The position numbers were made by a program, and so were the translations under genes. Positions 13,801-30,100 of a stretch of 64,000 nucleotides of DNA are shown piece by piece. Below the pieces are notes generated by a model. The model ran no database searches, was not told where the DNA came from, and saw nothing but the letters and a program-made list of their open reading frames with translations. How positions within the stretch are numbered: position 1 is the first letter of the stretch; each line of letters opens with the position of its first letter. Origin of the DNA: Zygnema circumcarinatum SAG 698-1b (lineage: Eukaryota > Plantae > Zygnematophyceae); contig CM074805.1 of the NCBI GenBank assembly GCA_037447605.1, positions 3,071,361 to 3,135,360 of the forward strand, read 5' to 3'.

Positions 13801-15964
13801 CGAAGGGAAAGTGTCTAAAGCATCATCAGTAGGAGGTGTCCACAGGAGGCTTCCAAGTACTTGTGCCAGCACCTGCATCCTAACACCCTCCAACTAGAGC
13901 AATAAGCTGCAGGGTCTGATGAATGAAAAAGCAAAGAATTTACCTGCGCGCAAACAACGAAATCTAGATGGGGAGGAATAAGGAGCACCGTAGCAGCTTC
14001 TGCTTGAAGATTAGAGGGTAGATGGTCCTCAAGAGTGATAATCACGGGATACTTCGTGGCTACGAACGCATACTCCTTGATCGCTTCAATGCATTTCTGG
14101 AAGTCTACTGCCTTCGTCAAAGTTCTGCAGTGCAGGCCCCGCCCTGCACATGAGCAGGCACAGGAGAAGACTAGGCGAAAGGAACAACAATGGCAGTGTC
14201 GATGCAAGTGGAGAGAAGGGAGGACCATCCATCGCAAATAGAGGATGAAGCCAGAAAATACAGAGGAAATGGGGCAAACAAGTAGACAAAACGACGAATG
14301 GGAAGGGGAATACAGGACAAATGGAAACGCAACAACTATAGTTTGTTCCTCAGGGATTGCAGCAAGCCGCATGCAACAGAAAGGTCTCTTCTGAAATATC
14401 TTCGAAAAAGGCTTTATAAATCAGGGAAAGCCTAATTAAGGAGGCAAAAGTGGCGGTGCCATGTTATCGGAGCAATTTGCATATGAAAAAGTATTCATGT
14501 TAAATGTCAAAGCAATTCAAGCCGTTGTCAAGTCCGGGTCTGACCACGAAAGTTTAGCAAGAACGACAGTCGAATCAACTCGGTTGTTCAACGCATAAAC
14601 GATAAGACTGTATTAATTGCTTTCAAATAATGAGTTATACAACATATTTCAGCAAGCGACCACGTAGTTGGAAGATATCCTAATGTGGACTATCCTCTAG
14701 AAGGCAAAAAACATACATGCCCTTTCATAGCCTGATATACCACGGGAAGGAAGGCAACAAAAATCCCAGATAACAACAAGCATTGAATAATCGGTGCAGC
14801 AACGTGCTGGGAAAGTGACCTGAACGATGATCTACCTGATTTGGACACTGCAGGATGTGATGCAAATGTAAATGCAAATTACGGAGAACAGGACTGCAAA
14901 AGCTGAAAGGGTTGTACAACAACGTAATTCGCCCACATTTGACACGGGCTAAGCAGAGAACTTCGAAGAACACTTTGGACTTACCCTCCGTGCATGACCA
15001 GTATCTTATCCTTCTTATCACTCGGCCAGAGGTCAAGCTCAATCACCCGCACTCCCCTCTGAAGAGCAGCTATTATTGGCTTTACGCTGGAGGGGCTAGT
15101 CAACTGGTTGCCTTTCAGATACGAGTTGTGGCCCGTGTAGATGAAGTAATGGGCCATTGGCTCTGTCATATCTTGAGTAACCTGCCTCAGCCCCCCTCAG
15201 CTTAAAAATTCTCATAATGCAGAGTTTCCAGTCGGTCATGACAATACAGAATTGACACTCAGCCGAGTCAATACGTAATCTACACTCAGATAATCCATTT
15301 TGCACCCAGAGCATTAGAATCATCAAGTGAGCCTGCAGCTGTCTGAGTTTGTCGTGCGTTTTCAAGTATTTTCCGAGTTTGAATGGTCAGCGGGTTGTCT
15401 CCTGACCTTTGTTTCTATGGCTGGGGTCAACTCAGGGTTGAGGAGCAGGAAAAGGAAGTCCTCAACGCTCAAGGATGGTAGCGAGGAGTGATTAAGGGAC
15501 GTAGTTAGCCTCATTGGCCCACTCTTCATTCTTCGTAGAGTCTTTTGAATCAAGTTCCCCATGGACCCCCTGCCACCAGTCACCACTCTCCTTGGCGCAA
15601 GTTCCAATTCCTTTCTCCTCCCCGGACTCATCCCACTCAGCATCATGCTCTCCACAATCCTGGAACCATCCTGAAATCCCATTTCAAACCGCGCACATTC
15701 TCGAGATAATTAGCATTCAGAAACAACAGCACATTCAGCTTAAGACAAGCTAAATATCCACCCAATGCCGGAAATTGGTGGTATTCATACTTCATCAATG
15801 TACTTCCGCCATATCTGACTCAGCGCTTGGCTGCTCAACCGTCCGCCCTCGTCAGCAAACTCCGCGAAGACCTCCCTGACGAGCTGCGGGACTTCAGGTT
15901 TGTCATCGAGCCCGTCGCCCCCCTTGGCGCCCACGCTCTTCCACGGCCATGAAAAGCAGGCCAT
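10808..15964 (-). CDS. PLC: Phosphoinositide-specific phospholipase C (plant EF-X-Y-C2 type), multi-exon
   Basis: N-terminal exon MACFSWPW...[10 protein letters not shown] box [49 protein letters not shown] box [20 protein letters not shown]...[10 protein letters not shown]|GYGRPLW...[11 protein letters not shown]2 domain FSPPDFYVK|IGIAGVPAD...PELALLRIE|VYEYD...SAE* (TGA 10810-10808). Confidence 0.95.
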
Positions 15965-16266
15965 GGCCTCTCCTCTCCTCTCCTGGCGGCAGCCGTTCTC
16001 TCTGCCTCTTTCTCACCTCCTCCGCCGGCCATGCTCCTCCTCACTCACGCCCGCCATGGAGCCGGTTTTCCGCCCCTGCCGGAAAGCATCTGTTTACATT
16101 TTGGTTGCCTCAGGTCGGTTAGCTTTGACTAGCTGGTTTCTAAAGCCCGCTGCCAGTCAGCTCGGTTCGGTCTGGTCGCCCACCGCTGGTCCGGTCGGTT
16201 CGCTTTGGCGACGTTTCCATGCTTCTGGAAGCAGCCCCGGAAAGTCCCCCCGGAGCGGCTGCCAAC

Positions 16267-16635
16267 TAGGGATGGATTAGTTACGATTATATATTATATA
16301 TTATATTATACAACTGTTACGAATAGATAACGGCTGATATATATTAATTTACAACGCCTTTACAACATGTACGGTCGTACGGTCGTACGACTGTACGGTA
16401 TTATGCGGCCCGAGCACGAGCAGACAGAAAAAACCAGACGAACGCATTTCGCAACGCCGACGCCAAAACGACCTAATTTTGGTATGGTACAAGTACGATC
16501 GTACGGTCGTTAATTGTTCAAAACGAGTGGGTATAATATATGTAATAAAGTGTTTTACTTTGTAATATACTACTAATTTTAAACCCGTTGTAAATTATAT
16601 AATATATTCGGAATTTATAACGCGGGCCATCCCTA
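16267..16635. mobile_element. Ac/Ds-like non-autonomous hAT element (369 bp)
   Basis: TIR TAGGGATGG ... CCATCCCTA resembles the maize Ac/Ds terminus (T/C)AGGGATGAAA. Perfect 8-bp TSD CTGCCAAC at 16259-16266 and 16636-16643. AT-rich interior with CGTACGGT repeats. Confidence 0.9.
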
Positions 16636-16794
16636 CTGCCAACTGGAGGACCCGTAGAAATAGTCCGCAGCCGCGCCGCAGGCGCGCTACTGTACCTGGT
16701 ATTGTACGGACAGGTACGGACATGCACGGAAGTGTACGAAGCGCTGTCGCCTGCCTCGGGCATCGCAATGCGTGAAAAAGTGCCAAAACCACTA

Positions 16795-16990
16795 AGTGGC
16801 ATTGATCTCACGATGGCGATGATGCCATCAAATGTACATGGACACCATCAGCATGGGGAACCACGAGAAACTGGTCGCAAAGGACCTACGGACAACAGAG
16901 AAAAGCTGAGAGCGGAAAGCTACGCCTAGGCACAACAACGCTTCAAGCCCTCCTTCGAAGCAGCCGCGAAGGTCGCCGATCGATGTGCGG
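16795..16990 (+). repeat. Dispersed repeat family R, copy A
   Basis: GTGGCATTGATCTCACGATGGC...GCCATCAAATGTACATGGAC...GAACCACGAG...CTACGCCTAGGCACAAC...GCAGCCGCGAAGGTCGCCGAT. It aligns by eye with six other copies in the window. Confidence 0.85.
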
Positions 16991-17023
16991 CCACGCGACC
17001 TTCATATTTGTGCTTTTATTTTC

Positions 17024-18283
17024 GGAGAACTATATACCGCCCCCTTTTTTTGGTTATCCCGCCACTGTTTTTTTGAAATCCGACCCTCCCATTTCGGCTA
17101 TTCTGCCCCCCTCCCGCATTTTGGATATTTCGGGAGGAGATCGCCCCCCTGTTTTGAATATTTCATTCCCGCCCCTCCCGTCCTCTCCCCTCCCCTCCCC
17201 CTCCACTCCCCTCCCCTTCCCAGCCCTCCCCTCCCCTCCCCTCCTTCCAGCCCCTCCCCTTCCCTCCCCTCCCCTCCCCTCCCCTCCCCTCCCCTTCCCT
17301 TCCCTCCCCTCCCCTCCTCCCTCCCCTCCCCTCCCCTCCCCTCCTCCTCCCCTTCCCTCCCCTCCCCTCCCCTTCCCTCCCCTCCCCTCCCCTCCCCTCC
17401 CCTCCCCTCCCCTTCCCTCCCCTCCCTCCCCTCCCTTCCCTCCCCTCCCTCCCTCCCTTCCCTTCTTCCTCTCGGTTTGCAATCTCCACACAAATGACTG
17501 AGTATAAGACTCGCGATGAGCTTGTACAAGTCTTGACCAAGCACTACAAGAAGGAAGGATTTCACATCAAGATCGGCAAGCATAGCGATAGCCGCTGACT
17601 CTGCCTGCAATGCTTTAGCGGGGGACCTACGAGGACAGAGGTCTGGAAGAGAGTAGTAAGAAGAGGAATATCTCTCCTCTGCTCTCTCTCCTCTAGTCTT
17701 TCTCTCCTCTACTCTCTCTCCTCTGCTCATTCTCTCTCTCTCCTTTGCTCTCTCCTGTGCTCTCTCCTCTAGTCTTTCTCTCCTCTACTCTCTCTCCTCT
17801 GCTCATTCTCTCTCTCTCCTTTGCTCTCTCCTGTGCTCTCTCCTCTAGTCTCTCTCTCCTTTGCTCTCACTCCTCTACTCACTCTCTCTCTCTCCTTTGC
17901 TCTCTCCTGTAGTCTCTCTCCTCTGCTCTCACTCTGCTCTCCTCTCTCTCTCTTTCTCTCACTCTCTCTCTCTCGTTCACTCTCTCTCTCTCTCCTCTGC
18001 TCTCTCTCCTCTAGTCTCTCTCTCCTCTACTCTCTCTCCTTTGCTCTCTCCAGTCTCCCTCTCCTTTGCTCTCACTCCTCTCCCCACTCTCTTTCTCTCC
18101 TTTACTCTCTCTCGAACGTTGCGCTGATGTGTGAGAAGGAGAAAACTGGGGGGGGGGGGGATATCCAAAATGGGGGGGCGGGATATTTCAAAACAGGGGG
18201 CAGAATAGCCGGAATGGGAGGGTCGGATTTCAAAAAAAACAGTGGCGGGATAACCAAAAAAGGGGGGCGGTATATAGTTCTCC
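17024..18283. mobile_element. Non-autonomous Mutator-like element (MULE) deletion derivative, 1260 bp
   Basis: About 85-bp near-perfect TIRs (GGAGAACTATATACCGCCCC... / ...GGGGCGGTATATAGTTCTCC). 8-bp TSD TTATTTTC at 17016-17023 and 18284-18291. Interior is (CCCCT)n, a transposase remnant and CT-rich repeats. Confidence 0.88.
17494..17640 (+). pseudogene. Remnant of a MULE transposase N-terminal (FAR1/WRKY-GCM1-like) domain
   Basis: MTEYKTRDELVQVLTKHYKKEGFHIKIGKHSDSR*LCLQCFSG/GTYEDR, with an in-frame TGA at 17596 and a 1-nt frameshift in a G run. The pattern GF.v.I..S....l.l.C..GG.Y resembles MULE DNA-binding domains from memory. Confidence 0.55.
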
Positions 18284-18752
18284 TTATTTTCAGTATTATT
18301 GCACGAAGTTCGGCGCAAGAAGTACCGTTGGTGTGTGCGAACTGCTCCGCTACGGTGGCTACGGCGGCGGGGCGAACTGGAGTGCGTGAACTGGACTGGA
18401 CTAAACTGAACTGGGGGGGGGGGCGGCGCGAGCTTCCTATACCATCGTCGATGTCAAACGACATTCGTGCTTTATGTGATCTGTTGAACGGTACAGGTTC
18501 CATGCTACGGTTCTTATAGAAACTGTTGTCAACAACCTTGAATGCCTTGACCTTAACACGTTTCAGGAGGGAAAGGTCGGCCCTTCTACTCCAAAGACCA
18601 TCAGCGTATTGCATTGTCACTAAGTACCTGTGGCGGTCCTTGTGTATACTACCCTTGTAAGACTATCGGGGGCAGCAGCTGGGAAGGGATTCCTACCCTA
18701 ACTCTTTGGTTGAAAGTGCAAAACAATAATCTGTGTAAATCGTCCATGGGCC

Positions 18753-22278
<3,526 letters not shown>

Positions 22279-23466
22279 AGAGGACGGCTGAGAAAGGACC
22301 GAGGGCTCCCCGGAGCTGGCAGGGCAGGGCAGGGAAGGGGCTCAGTGGGAGGGGAGAGTGAGAGAGGGAGGGAGGGGGAGAGGCCGAGCGGGAGTGTGGG
22401 GGGGAGGGGGCGTCTTTCACTTGGATGGCAGGGGCGCCGGAACCGGCAAGTTTCGCCGGCCGTCCCAAATTTCGCTGGCGATATATCGATATTTTGAGGG
22501 GGCAGCAAACAGTCGGGCCAGCCGGCAACCGTACGGTTCTCTGGGCTACCGGCCAAGGCTCTGCCTCTTTGAAAATTTGAAACGGTTTTGGGCATTCATT
22601 CATTTCTCGTCTACTGATTCAGTTATGGTAGATTGAAGGCGAGAGAATAAGACGCTGGGAGAAAACAATAGTTATTATATCAATATCAGACTAATTGAAT
22701 TCAATTGGCGATGAGATTTTTGTTTATCAAAACATTTGAGACATGGAGGAAGGCGCAATAATTTTTCTTATTATTTTCCTTTATTTTTAGACTGGCAACA
22801 AAAGGTTATCTTTACGGTAGACTCGTTGGCTGAAACCATTTGGCATGTCCCCTACAATAGCCAACGCTTTCACCACACTCTTGCAGAGGAAAACGAGGTC
22901 CCAGCGAACTTCCGTACTGCCCCTGTTTATGAGGCAGGCTGCTACTGCGCACCCTTATTCTCGACATGGGTGCTTTCAAACGCTTTTAAAGGAGGAATGA
23001 CGCCACTCGTGATGAAATTCTTCTTACGAAAAAGGCAGCACACACAAAGACAGCACAGACATACTTCAGTGGTTCGCATTCGGATAAAAACACACAATTC
23101 GAGGGTCACACGCAAGCTGCCATCTGTGCCTCAAGTGTGCTTGCATCACTTCATACTCGAATTTTGAGAACTATAGCACACGCGTAAGGATGCCATCCAT
23201 CACACATGCACATCCACCATCACTGGTACCATGATGATATTCAGAGTGGAACTTGGCCCACGCTCAGATCTTCTAAACAAGTCACCAACTAGTGGAATAC
23301 GCAATTGCCAAGAACTGCAACGCACGGTTATCTTCATGAATATTAATATATAATAATATTGGTTAGGAGAGGCCAAGCAAAATAACCTGGGAAATGATAC
23401 ACCTTTATTTGCTATGTTCAACAGTGACAAGAAGTGAGGGCAAATCTCGTACAAGTTGGGCCATGG

Positions 23467-26291
23467 TCACCGGTCACTCCTATCTTCAGAATCTTGATCT
23501 CTAGCTAAAAAAATGGAAGGGATGGCGCGGCCTACCTCGTCAAACTTGGCCTCGGAACTTTCTGAAGTCTTAATTTCTCCATGCTGCTTTTTCACAAACT
23601 CGGAAAGGTAATAACTTCGACAAAGTAATGTCAAACACAGGGAGGTTACGGAGGCAACAATGCAGGCACCGGCCATCACTATGAAAGTAACGCGGAAACA
23701 ATGCGCTCCATTGCAAAGCAATGCCTGCCCGCCGTCAGGGGGGGGGGGAGCAGAGGCCGATGATGGTGGGATCATATCACGATCTTTTTCTGCTTCAATG
23801 TCATATAGGTAGCCAGCGACACATACAGAGAGGAAATATGAGCCTGTTGGGTTTGTGATAGTCAGCCAGTTGTACAAAGTGCTGAAGTAACGGAGCCCAA
23901 ACACCTCAGAAGCCACCGCTGGCATTATTCCCCATTGTGCACCATACGTCAAGCCTATGAGCGCAGACCCAATGTAGAGAGATCCTGGAAATGCGGCTGC
24001 AACGAATAGGTGCCCTATACTCATAACGGCTTGCGTGACGACCATAAACAAGGGGCGTGGAACTCCTCTATCGCGAACAAAACTTTCTGAAATAAAGCCG
24101 CCACCTACACGTCCCAGAAAGTTCCAAATGCTCATCAATGAAACGAAGACATTGATTGCATCCTGTTCATAGCCTAACGATCGTCCAATCTGACCCAAAT
24201 TGTTGATTGCCGTGAGGCCTGATCCCGCGGCTAGAGTCATTGAAAGGTATATCAGCCAAAAGTCTGCGGTACAAAAGGACTGCAACAGATTGTGATCTTC
24301 TCCCCTTCTTGGCCGCCCTGCAAACGGACGCTCTGCAGGAACGCGACTTGCTCGCTTCTCTTCATCCAGTAGAGGCTCCTCTTCATCTTTCAGCAGTGCT
24401 GACATCTGTTGTGTAGATGAATGCCCTAGCCTGGGTCTCATCTTCAAACCTCGACCTACCACTACATTACTACCGAGCAGTGCTGGACGATCATCCTCCG
24501 GTGGGAGAACATCCTGAGTCCGTCGTCTTGACAAAATTCCAGCTACCGGTGGTATGGGAGTGCGCTCTATACGTGGGATGGATTCGGTTATTTGTCCGCG
24601 AATCAAGGGCTCCATCACTCCATCTCCTCCTCCCCGATTTCTTTCCCACTCCTGTTTCACACCAATGATTAATGGTAGAGCGAGAATTATGACGGCTCCC
24701 ACGGAAATCGCAGAGCTAACCGAGTTACCGACCACAAAAGCTTCGTCCAATAGGCTGGCACCGAGAAGGTAAAAGGCCAAACTGATACCAGAAGCGAGAA
24801 CAAGCAGGAAATTTCCTCGCTCAGCTGCCTCTTCCACGGGCGGCAAGGGATGGATAAGTGGCATAACTAAGCATGCCACTAATGCTGGCAACCATGAGGC
24901 CATAAGCAAGAAAGAATCCCTGTCGGGAGCATAAAGAGCGAGATAGGCTTGTGTGAAGATTGCCCCACCGAGGCCAATGTAGCCCTGCACATGATACCCG
25001 GCTGACCAGATTAATGTCAGACTAAGTAAAGCTTAAAAAATGAGACAAACAACTAATCTGGACATGATATCCGTTTCAAGAGTAACCTATATCTGACAGC
25101 TAACAAGGTGCCTATCCCTAACTTGTTCAAAGCTATCTCGGAAACTGTCTGTCTTCGGAATCTCTGCAAAAGGTGTAATGCTACTTTCGCAATTGAGTAC
25201 TTCCACACCGTTTTCAAAAGTCTTTTTTTGATTTTTCCCTATAACCTAGAGCCTAGCCTATTTTCCTAGAGCTCACTAGTACAACGTAATGCATCAGAGA
25301 GAGCTCAGTATGTCAACTTAACTGCAGAAAAGTGTAAATTATTTTAAGGCCTTCGGTTACTATACTTCGTTCTGTGCTCTGCATCTCGTAAACTAGAAAG
25401 GCGTAACGTAACGTAACGTAACGTAACGCAACGTAAACGGCGACATTTTCCTTCTGCCAAACAATATCTGCGAGACCAAAGGTTCTGTTGATTACTGAAA
25501 GTTGCTGCTTATAGAGTTACAATTATGCAGATTTATGAGTGAGCTGGTACTGGCGAGTAAACTCCCGATATCACATCAAGTGTAGAAAATGCACAAACTA
25601 CATGTTCATCCGCTAGCTTATGTCTCAGAGGAAATGTACATGGTGCGGTCCAGAACCAGACAAAGTCGACACTTATTCAAGGGGAAAAATAAAGACAGAA
25701 ACACACCTTCAACAGGCCAACGACGGGCCCACGGCTGGAAGGGAAGCTTTTAACACAAGTGACCAATGCACCTGTGTTGAAGAAGGTGCCGCCATTTGTT
25801 CCAATACACATAATAATGCAGATTTGCCAGAAGCTGGGCTTGGGTATGCGGCCCGTGAGTGCAAGCCACAGTATGCCATGGCCAAAAACGTTTTGCAAAG
25901 CTCCAACGAGAAGCACCACCCAAGTTGGAGCATAGTCACCCACGAAGCCTGACGTGATTCCTACATTTCCACCAATATCTTTCGCCATGCCCACACCATC
26001 CACCATCTTCTGATTGTAGCCGAGTGAGGTTTTGAAGCTCTGTGAATAGATCCCAAACATGTAACCTGTTCCTGCGCAAGCCTCCATCCAAGTTGATGCA
26101 GCAAAAACCACCCATCGGTTTTGTAAAATGCCATGCCAGCGTGATACCTTTGCTGTTGCTCCATGGCCCATCAAAGGTGCAGATGGACTCGATGTTTCAG
26201 ACTGCAATGCAGCTGCTCCTGAAGGTGCTTGGTTGTCACTTCGATCCTTCGTCAACGGTGCAGTATCCAGTGAATAATAATTTTCTTGCAT
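23467..26291 (-). CDS. Nodulin-like MFS transporter (NFD4 family), 2 coding exons (26291-25707, 24984-23467)
   Basis: RWVVFAASTWMEACAGTGYMFGIYS...KDIGGNVG...NTGALVTCVKSFPSSRGPVVGLLK|GYIGLGGAIFTQ; GSGLTAINNLGQIG; SIWNFLGRV; SEVFGL; CNGAHCFR. The intron is GT-AG. The exact start Met is uncertain. Confidence 0.92.
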
Positions 26292-26953
26292 ACTCCTTCG
26301 GGAACTATGAGCTTATTACTTTGAGGGAGAAAGACGCAAACGCATAATAGCGCACATGTTTTTTCTCGTTCAACAGGGTGGCCACCAAATTAAAAAGAAA
26401 AAAAAAAGGTGGCTCCACAAGCTTACACTGCCTTAAATATTTTCTCGACAATGGTGGTCTCCTAAACACGCAATAAGATGTGAAAGCACATCAAATAAAA
26501 CAAAAAACTATTTCAAAAAAAAAGCGAGTTAAAGCTGGCAATTTATATCGAGCTTCTGCAGAGGTCCCTCAGACTCAGCCGCTCTTCCCCTCGCTCCGCC
26601 TCCTGCTTCCCTGCCTGCCTGCCTGCCCTTGCATCAGTGCCATTGCTCCCTTCAGCTCTGGCCATGGATGCATGCATGCATGCATGCGCCATCCCCCCCC
26701 ATTGCCTGCCTGCCTGCCTGCCCCAGACCGACCCTCCCCACCTCCTGTTTGCGCGCGCTTTTGTCGTGTCTTGTCATGTACAAAGTGTACGGGTTGTACA
26801 AATTGACGGCCGGCAGAGCCACGGTTTCGTCGGCCGACAGTTTATACCGTCAACAAATCATATTACGCCACGTGGATATTTCTTGTCTGGATTTGAAACT
26901 TCATTGTGCGTATACCGTCGCAGTTTTTTCTAACGTGATTTTAACGGCGTCAA

Positions 26954-27006
26954 CCAATAAAAAAATGTCACGTATAAAACTATTCCACGTGGCAAAATGA
27001 GATTGG
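26954..27006. promoter_or_regulatory. 53-bp dyad CCAAT-N10-CACG-N15-CGTG-N10-ATTGG (inverted pair of ERSE-like units), copy 1
   Basis: CCAAT 26954, CACG 26969, CGTG 26988, ATTGG 27002. It lies in the divergent MFS/ObgC promoter, 149 bp upstream of the ObgC ATG. Confidence 0.6.
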
Positions 27007-27154
27007 TTTTCCATTCTGCCGTACTCCCCGGGAAAAGTATCCGCTCGATCCGCCCCAAGATATGGATGTCACTGAGCGCACTTTTCCCCCCCACGCCGCC
27101 TCGGGGAGGGGAGGGGAGGGGAGGAGAGGAGAGGAACCCTAAGCTTGGGCAGCC

Positions 27155-30100
27155 ATGGCGGCGGCACTCGCGCGCATGGCAGTCGCTCCCCAGATAAGAT
27201 GGCTGCGGATAGAAGGGCTTCAACAGCAGCGCACGTTTCAGCTGGCGGAAAAATCAGAGCGCCTGCGCTTCTGTGCGCCATTGGCTGCATCGAAGAGAGG
27301 AAAGAAGCAGTCAGAAGATGCGGGGCTGTGGGAAGGTGGTATGAGCGTCCCTGCTCTTCAGCCGAGGGAGGAGGAGTCGCTTGCTGGGTTTGCAGACAGC
27401 TCTGGGTCGAATCTTGCGGTTCGTCCGAAAGGTAAGAGCGGCAAAGTCGCCTCTTTGCAGGAGGAGGTGAAATTGGAAGGGATTCAAGAAGTGGAGGAAG
27501 GAAATGAAATGCTTCTTAAACGTGGAGCTGAGGGGATTCGGAGTGAAGGCGGTGGTGTAGAGGTGGTGGCTACCCTATGTGCAGAGGGGACGGAAGATTT
27601 GGAGGTGGAATATGACCTAGAGGAGGATGAGGAAGAGGATGATTGGAGCGCCGAAATCGAGGATGAGGATTGGGATGAAGACGAGGAGGAGGAGGAATAT
27701 GTGGAAGTGTGGGAGGGAGATTTGCCGCCGCCAACGGAAGAGGAAGAAGCAGAGCTTTTGAGGGAGGCAGAGGCGGAGATTGCAGAGCTGGAAAGGGAAC
27801 AACCAGGTGTGGAAGAAAGCTGTGAGAAGGATCTCTTGCCGTCCAGTGTGGTGAAGCTTGAAACGGAACTTGCAGCCATGCGGGCTCGAGTAGAAGAAAT
27901 GGAGGAGGAGCTGCTCCTGCTGAAGGGCTCTGCAAGGAGAAGTGGGCAAAATGCTGAGGAGGTAAATGAGCAAACAAGAGAATTTAGAGACAGTACAGAG
28001 GATTGGGAATCCCCAGGAAGTGGATGGAAGAGAAACAGTGGGGATGGAGATGTGAGCATTCTCTCGCATGATGCTGGAGGAAAAAGCAGTAACAAGGGGA
28101 GGTCAAGGCATGAATCTTATGAACCAGATGGGAATTGCAGAGAGAGTGACGTCAGTCAGGGTGATGGAGGTTCCTCAGCAGTAAGTTTAGAAGATGGGTT
28201 GTCATGTGATGGATTAGATACAAGAGGGGCAGTAGCTGTGGGTACTTACCAGGTAAGAGAGTTCGGAGAGGATGAATATTTAAGCGACGAACTGTTGCAT
28301 AGGCTTGAAGTGCCTGGAGCTGCAGATGATAGCCCTGATAAGCTAAAACCTTTAAGGGAGGCAATGCTAGAATTTTCCCATTTGAAACGCAAGGCAAAAG
28401 CACAGGAGCGTGCTATGGAGTTTCTTCAACGAGATGATGAAGAAGATGACAGCGATAGTGAAAACCCTAAACGGCGTGGACTTCCAGCTATCATGAGGTG
28501 TTTTGATACTGCGAAAATCTATGTGAAGGCTGGGGACGGTGGCAATGGCGTAGTAGCCTTTAGACGGGAAAAATATGTTCCGATGGGGGGGCCTGCAGGG
28601 GGAAGTGGAGGTCGTGGAGGTGATGTTTACCTTGTTGCCGATAAATCGCTCAATTCTCTGCTTCCTTTCAGGAAGAACGTCCACTTTCGTGCAGGACGTG
28701 GTTCCCATGGACAAGGCAGCAGTTGCCATGGCTTTACAGGCAAAGATGTAGAAGTTTTAGTACCCCCCGGTACAGTGGTCCGCCAGGTAATTGGAGACGA
28801 AGACGGCCCGGTGTTGGTGGAGTTGGTGACTCCAGGACAAAAGGAGTTGCTGCTACCGGGTGGACGCGGGGGCAGAGGGAATGCAGCGTTCAAGACAGGC
28901 CGCAATCGCGCTCCTCAACTTGCAGAGAATGGCGAAGAGGGAACAGAAATGTGGGCATTCCCTTGAGCTTATGTTCCGTCGAGTATTTCTCTTCTCACCC
29001 GATTGAAAGCGGGAAGTGCATGCAGTTCTGTTTTCAATGGGCCCCAAGAACTTTTTGCTTGACTTCTTCTGCGTTGTTTTTAGTTTTTAATCGCCACTGC
29101 TGTTCATCTTCGAAAGTTTTGCTTGTCTGGTTTCTAGGGATTTCTCTTACGATCTGTTTTCAAGTAAGATGTCCTCAGATTAATGCCTCTTTGTCAACAT
29201 TAGTTTCAACGACCGCTGTGATGGTAAAAGCATCAGTTATGCTGGTCTGTATAAAGCAGCTTTACTATGCAAATGGGCACTTCTGACAGATGCGGGCAAC
29301 AGAAGTCGGTAAAAGTTGATGAATGTCATTATTTTCGTTTGTTGGGATTCCTTGGGTTTCTCATTATTGAGCATCCAGTGAAGTCCCTTGATTTGTTCAA
29401 ATTTGACGTTTTCTTAGCGGGGTCTGTGGTGAGCTGATGTTAATAGCCATGAGATCATCTATTGATTGAAGAGAGAACTTTGCAAGGTAATAAAAATCAT
29501 CAAAACTATGGATTTGATACAACTCTTTTATGCGCTAAACGCGGACTGCGGTTCACTTATGCTTAGCCATGCAGGGCACATCATGAATGTAAGTTTGACA
29601 TCCTCGGATGGTGGTATCTGGTGTTTTGCCGCCCATGAACCTCACAGGTGGCTGAAACTTGAGCTGAAACTGGTGGCGGATGTGGGAATCGTTGGTGTGC
29701 CCAATGCTGGCAAGTCAACGCTGCTGAGCGTCATCAGCGCTGCCAAACCCAAGGTATGCCGGGAAGGTGGAGAAGCTCAGAGCTCATTTGTAAATAGCAT
29801 TCGGTTTTCCAGCTCTTCTTGAACCTCTCCCAGCCAATTCGACTTCTCTTACAGCAAAGCTGCAGCTTCAGTTGCTTGGCCGTAGCAGCATGACCTGTTC
29901 CTGGGCTTTCTTCGCTTGCAAGTGGGTATCTTTAAACTGAAATGGGGGGAGGCCAGGTGGCGGATTATCCATTCACCACACTGGTCCCCAACCTGGGTAT
30001 GGCAGAGGTGGACTTTGAGACTCTAGTGGTGGCAGACGTACCGGGTCTGCTTGAAGGAGCACACCTTGGCTTCGGTCTCGGCCACGAGTTTTTGCGTCAC

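Noticed and set aside
16983-18519. Extensin-like Pro-rich, RGG-rich and Leu/Ser-rich ORFs
   Set aside because: They are translations of (CCCCT)n and (CT)n tracts inside the MULE.
25402-25436. (CGTAA)n, and other short tandem repeats such as (GCCCAAAGT)3 near 44741 and (CAG)n at 35153-35202
   Set aside because: These are ordinary intronic microsatellites.
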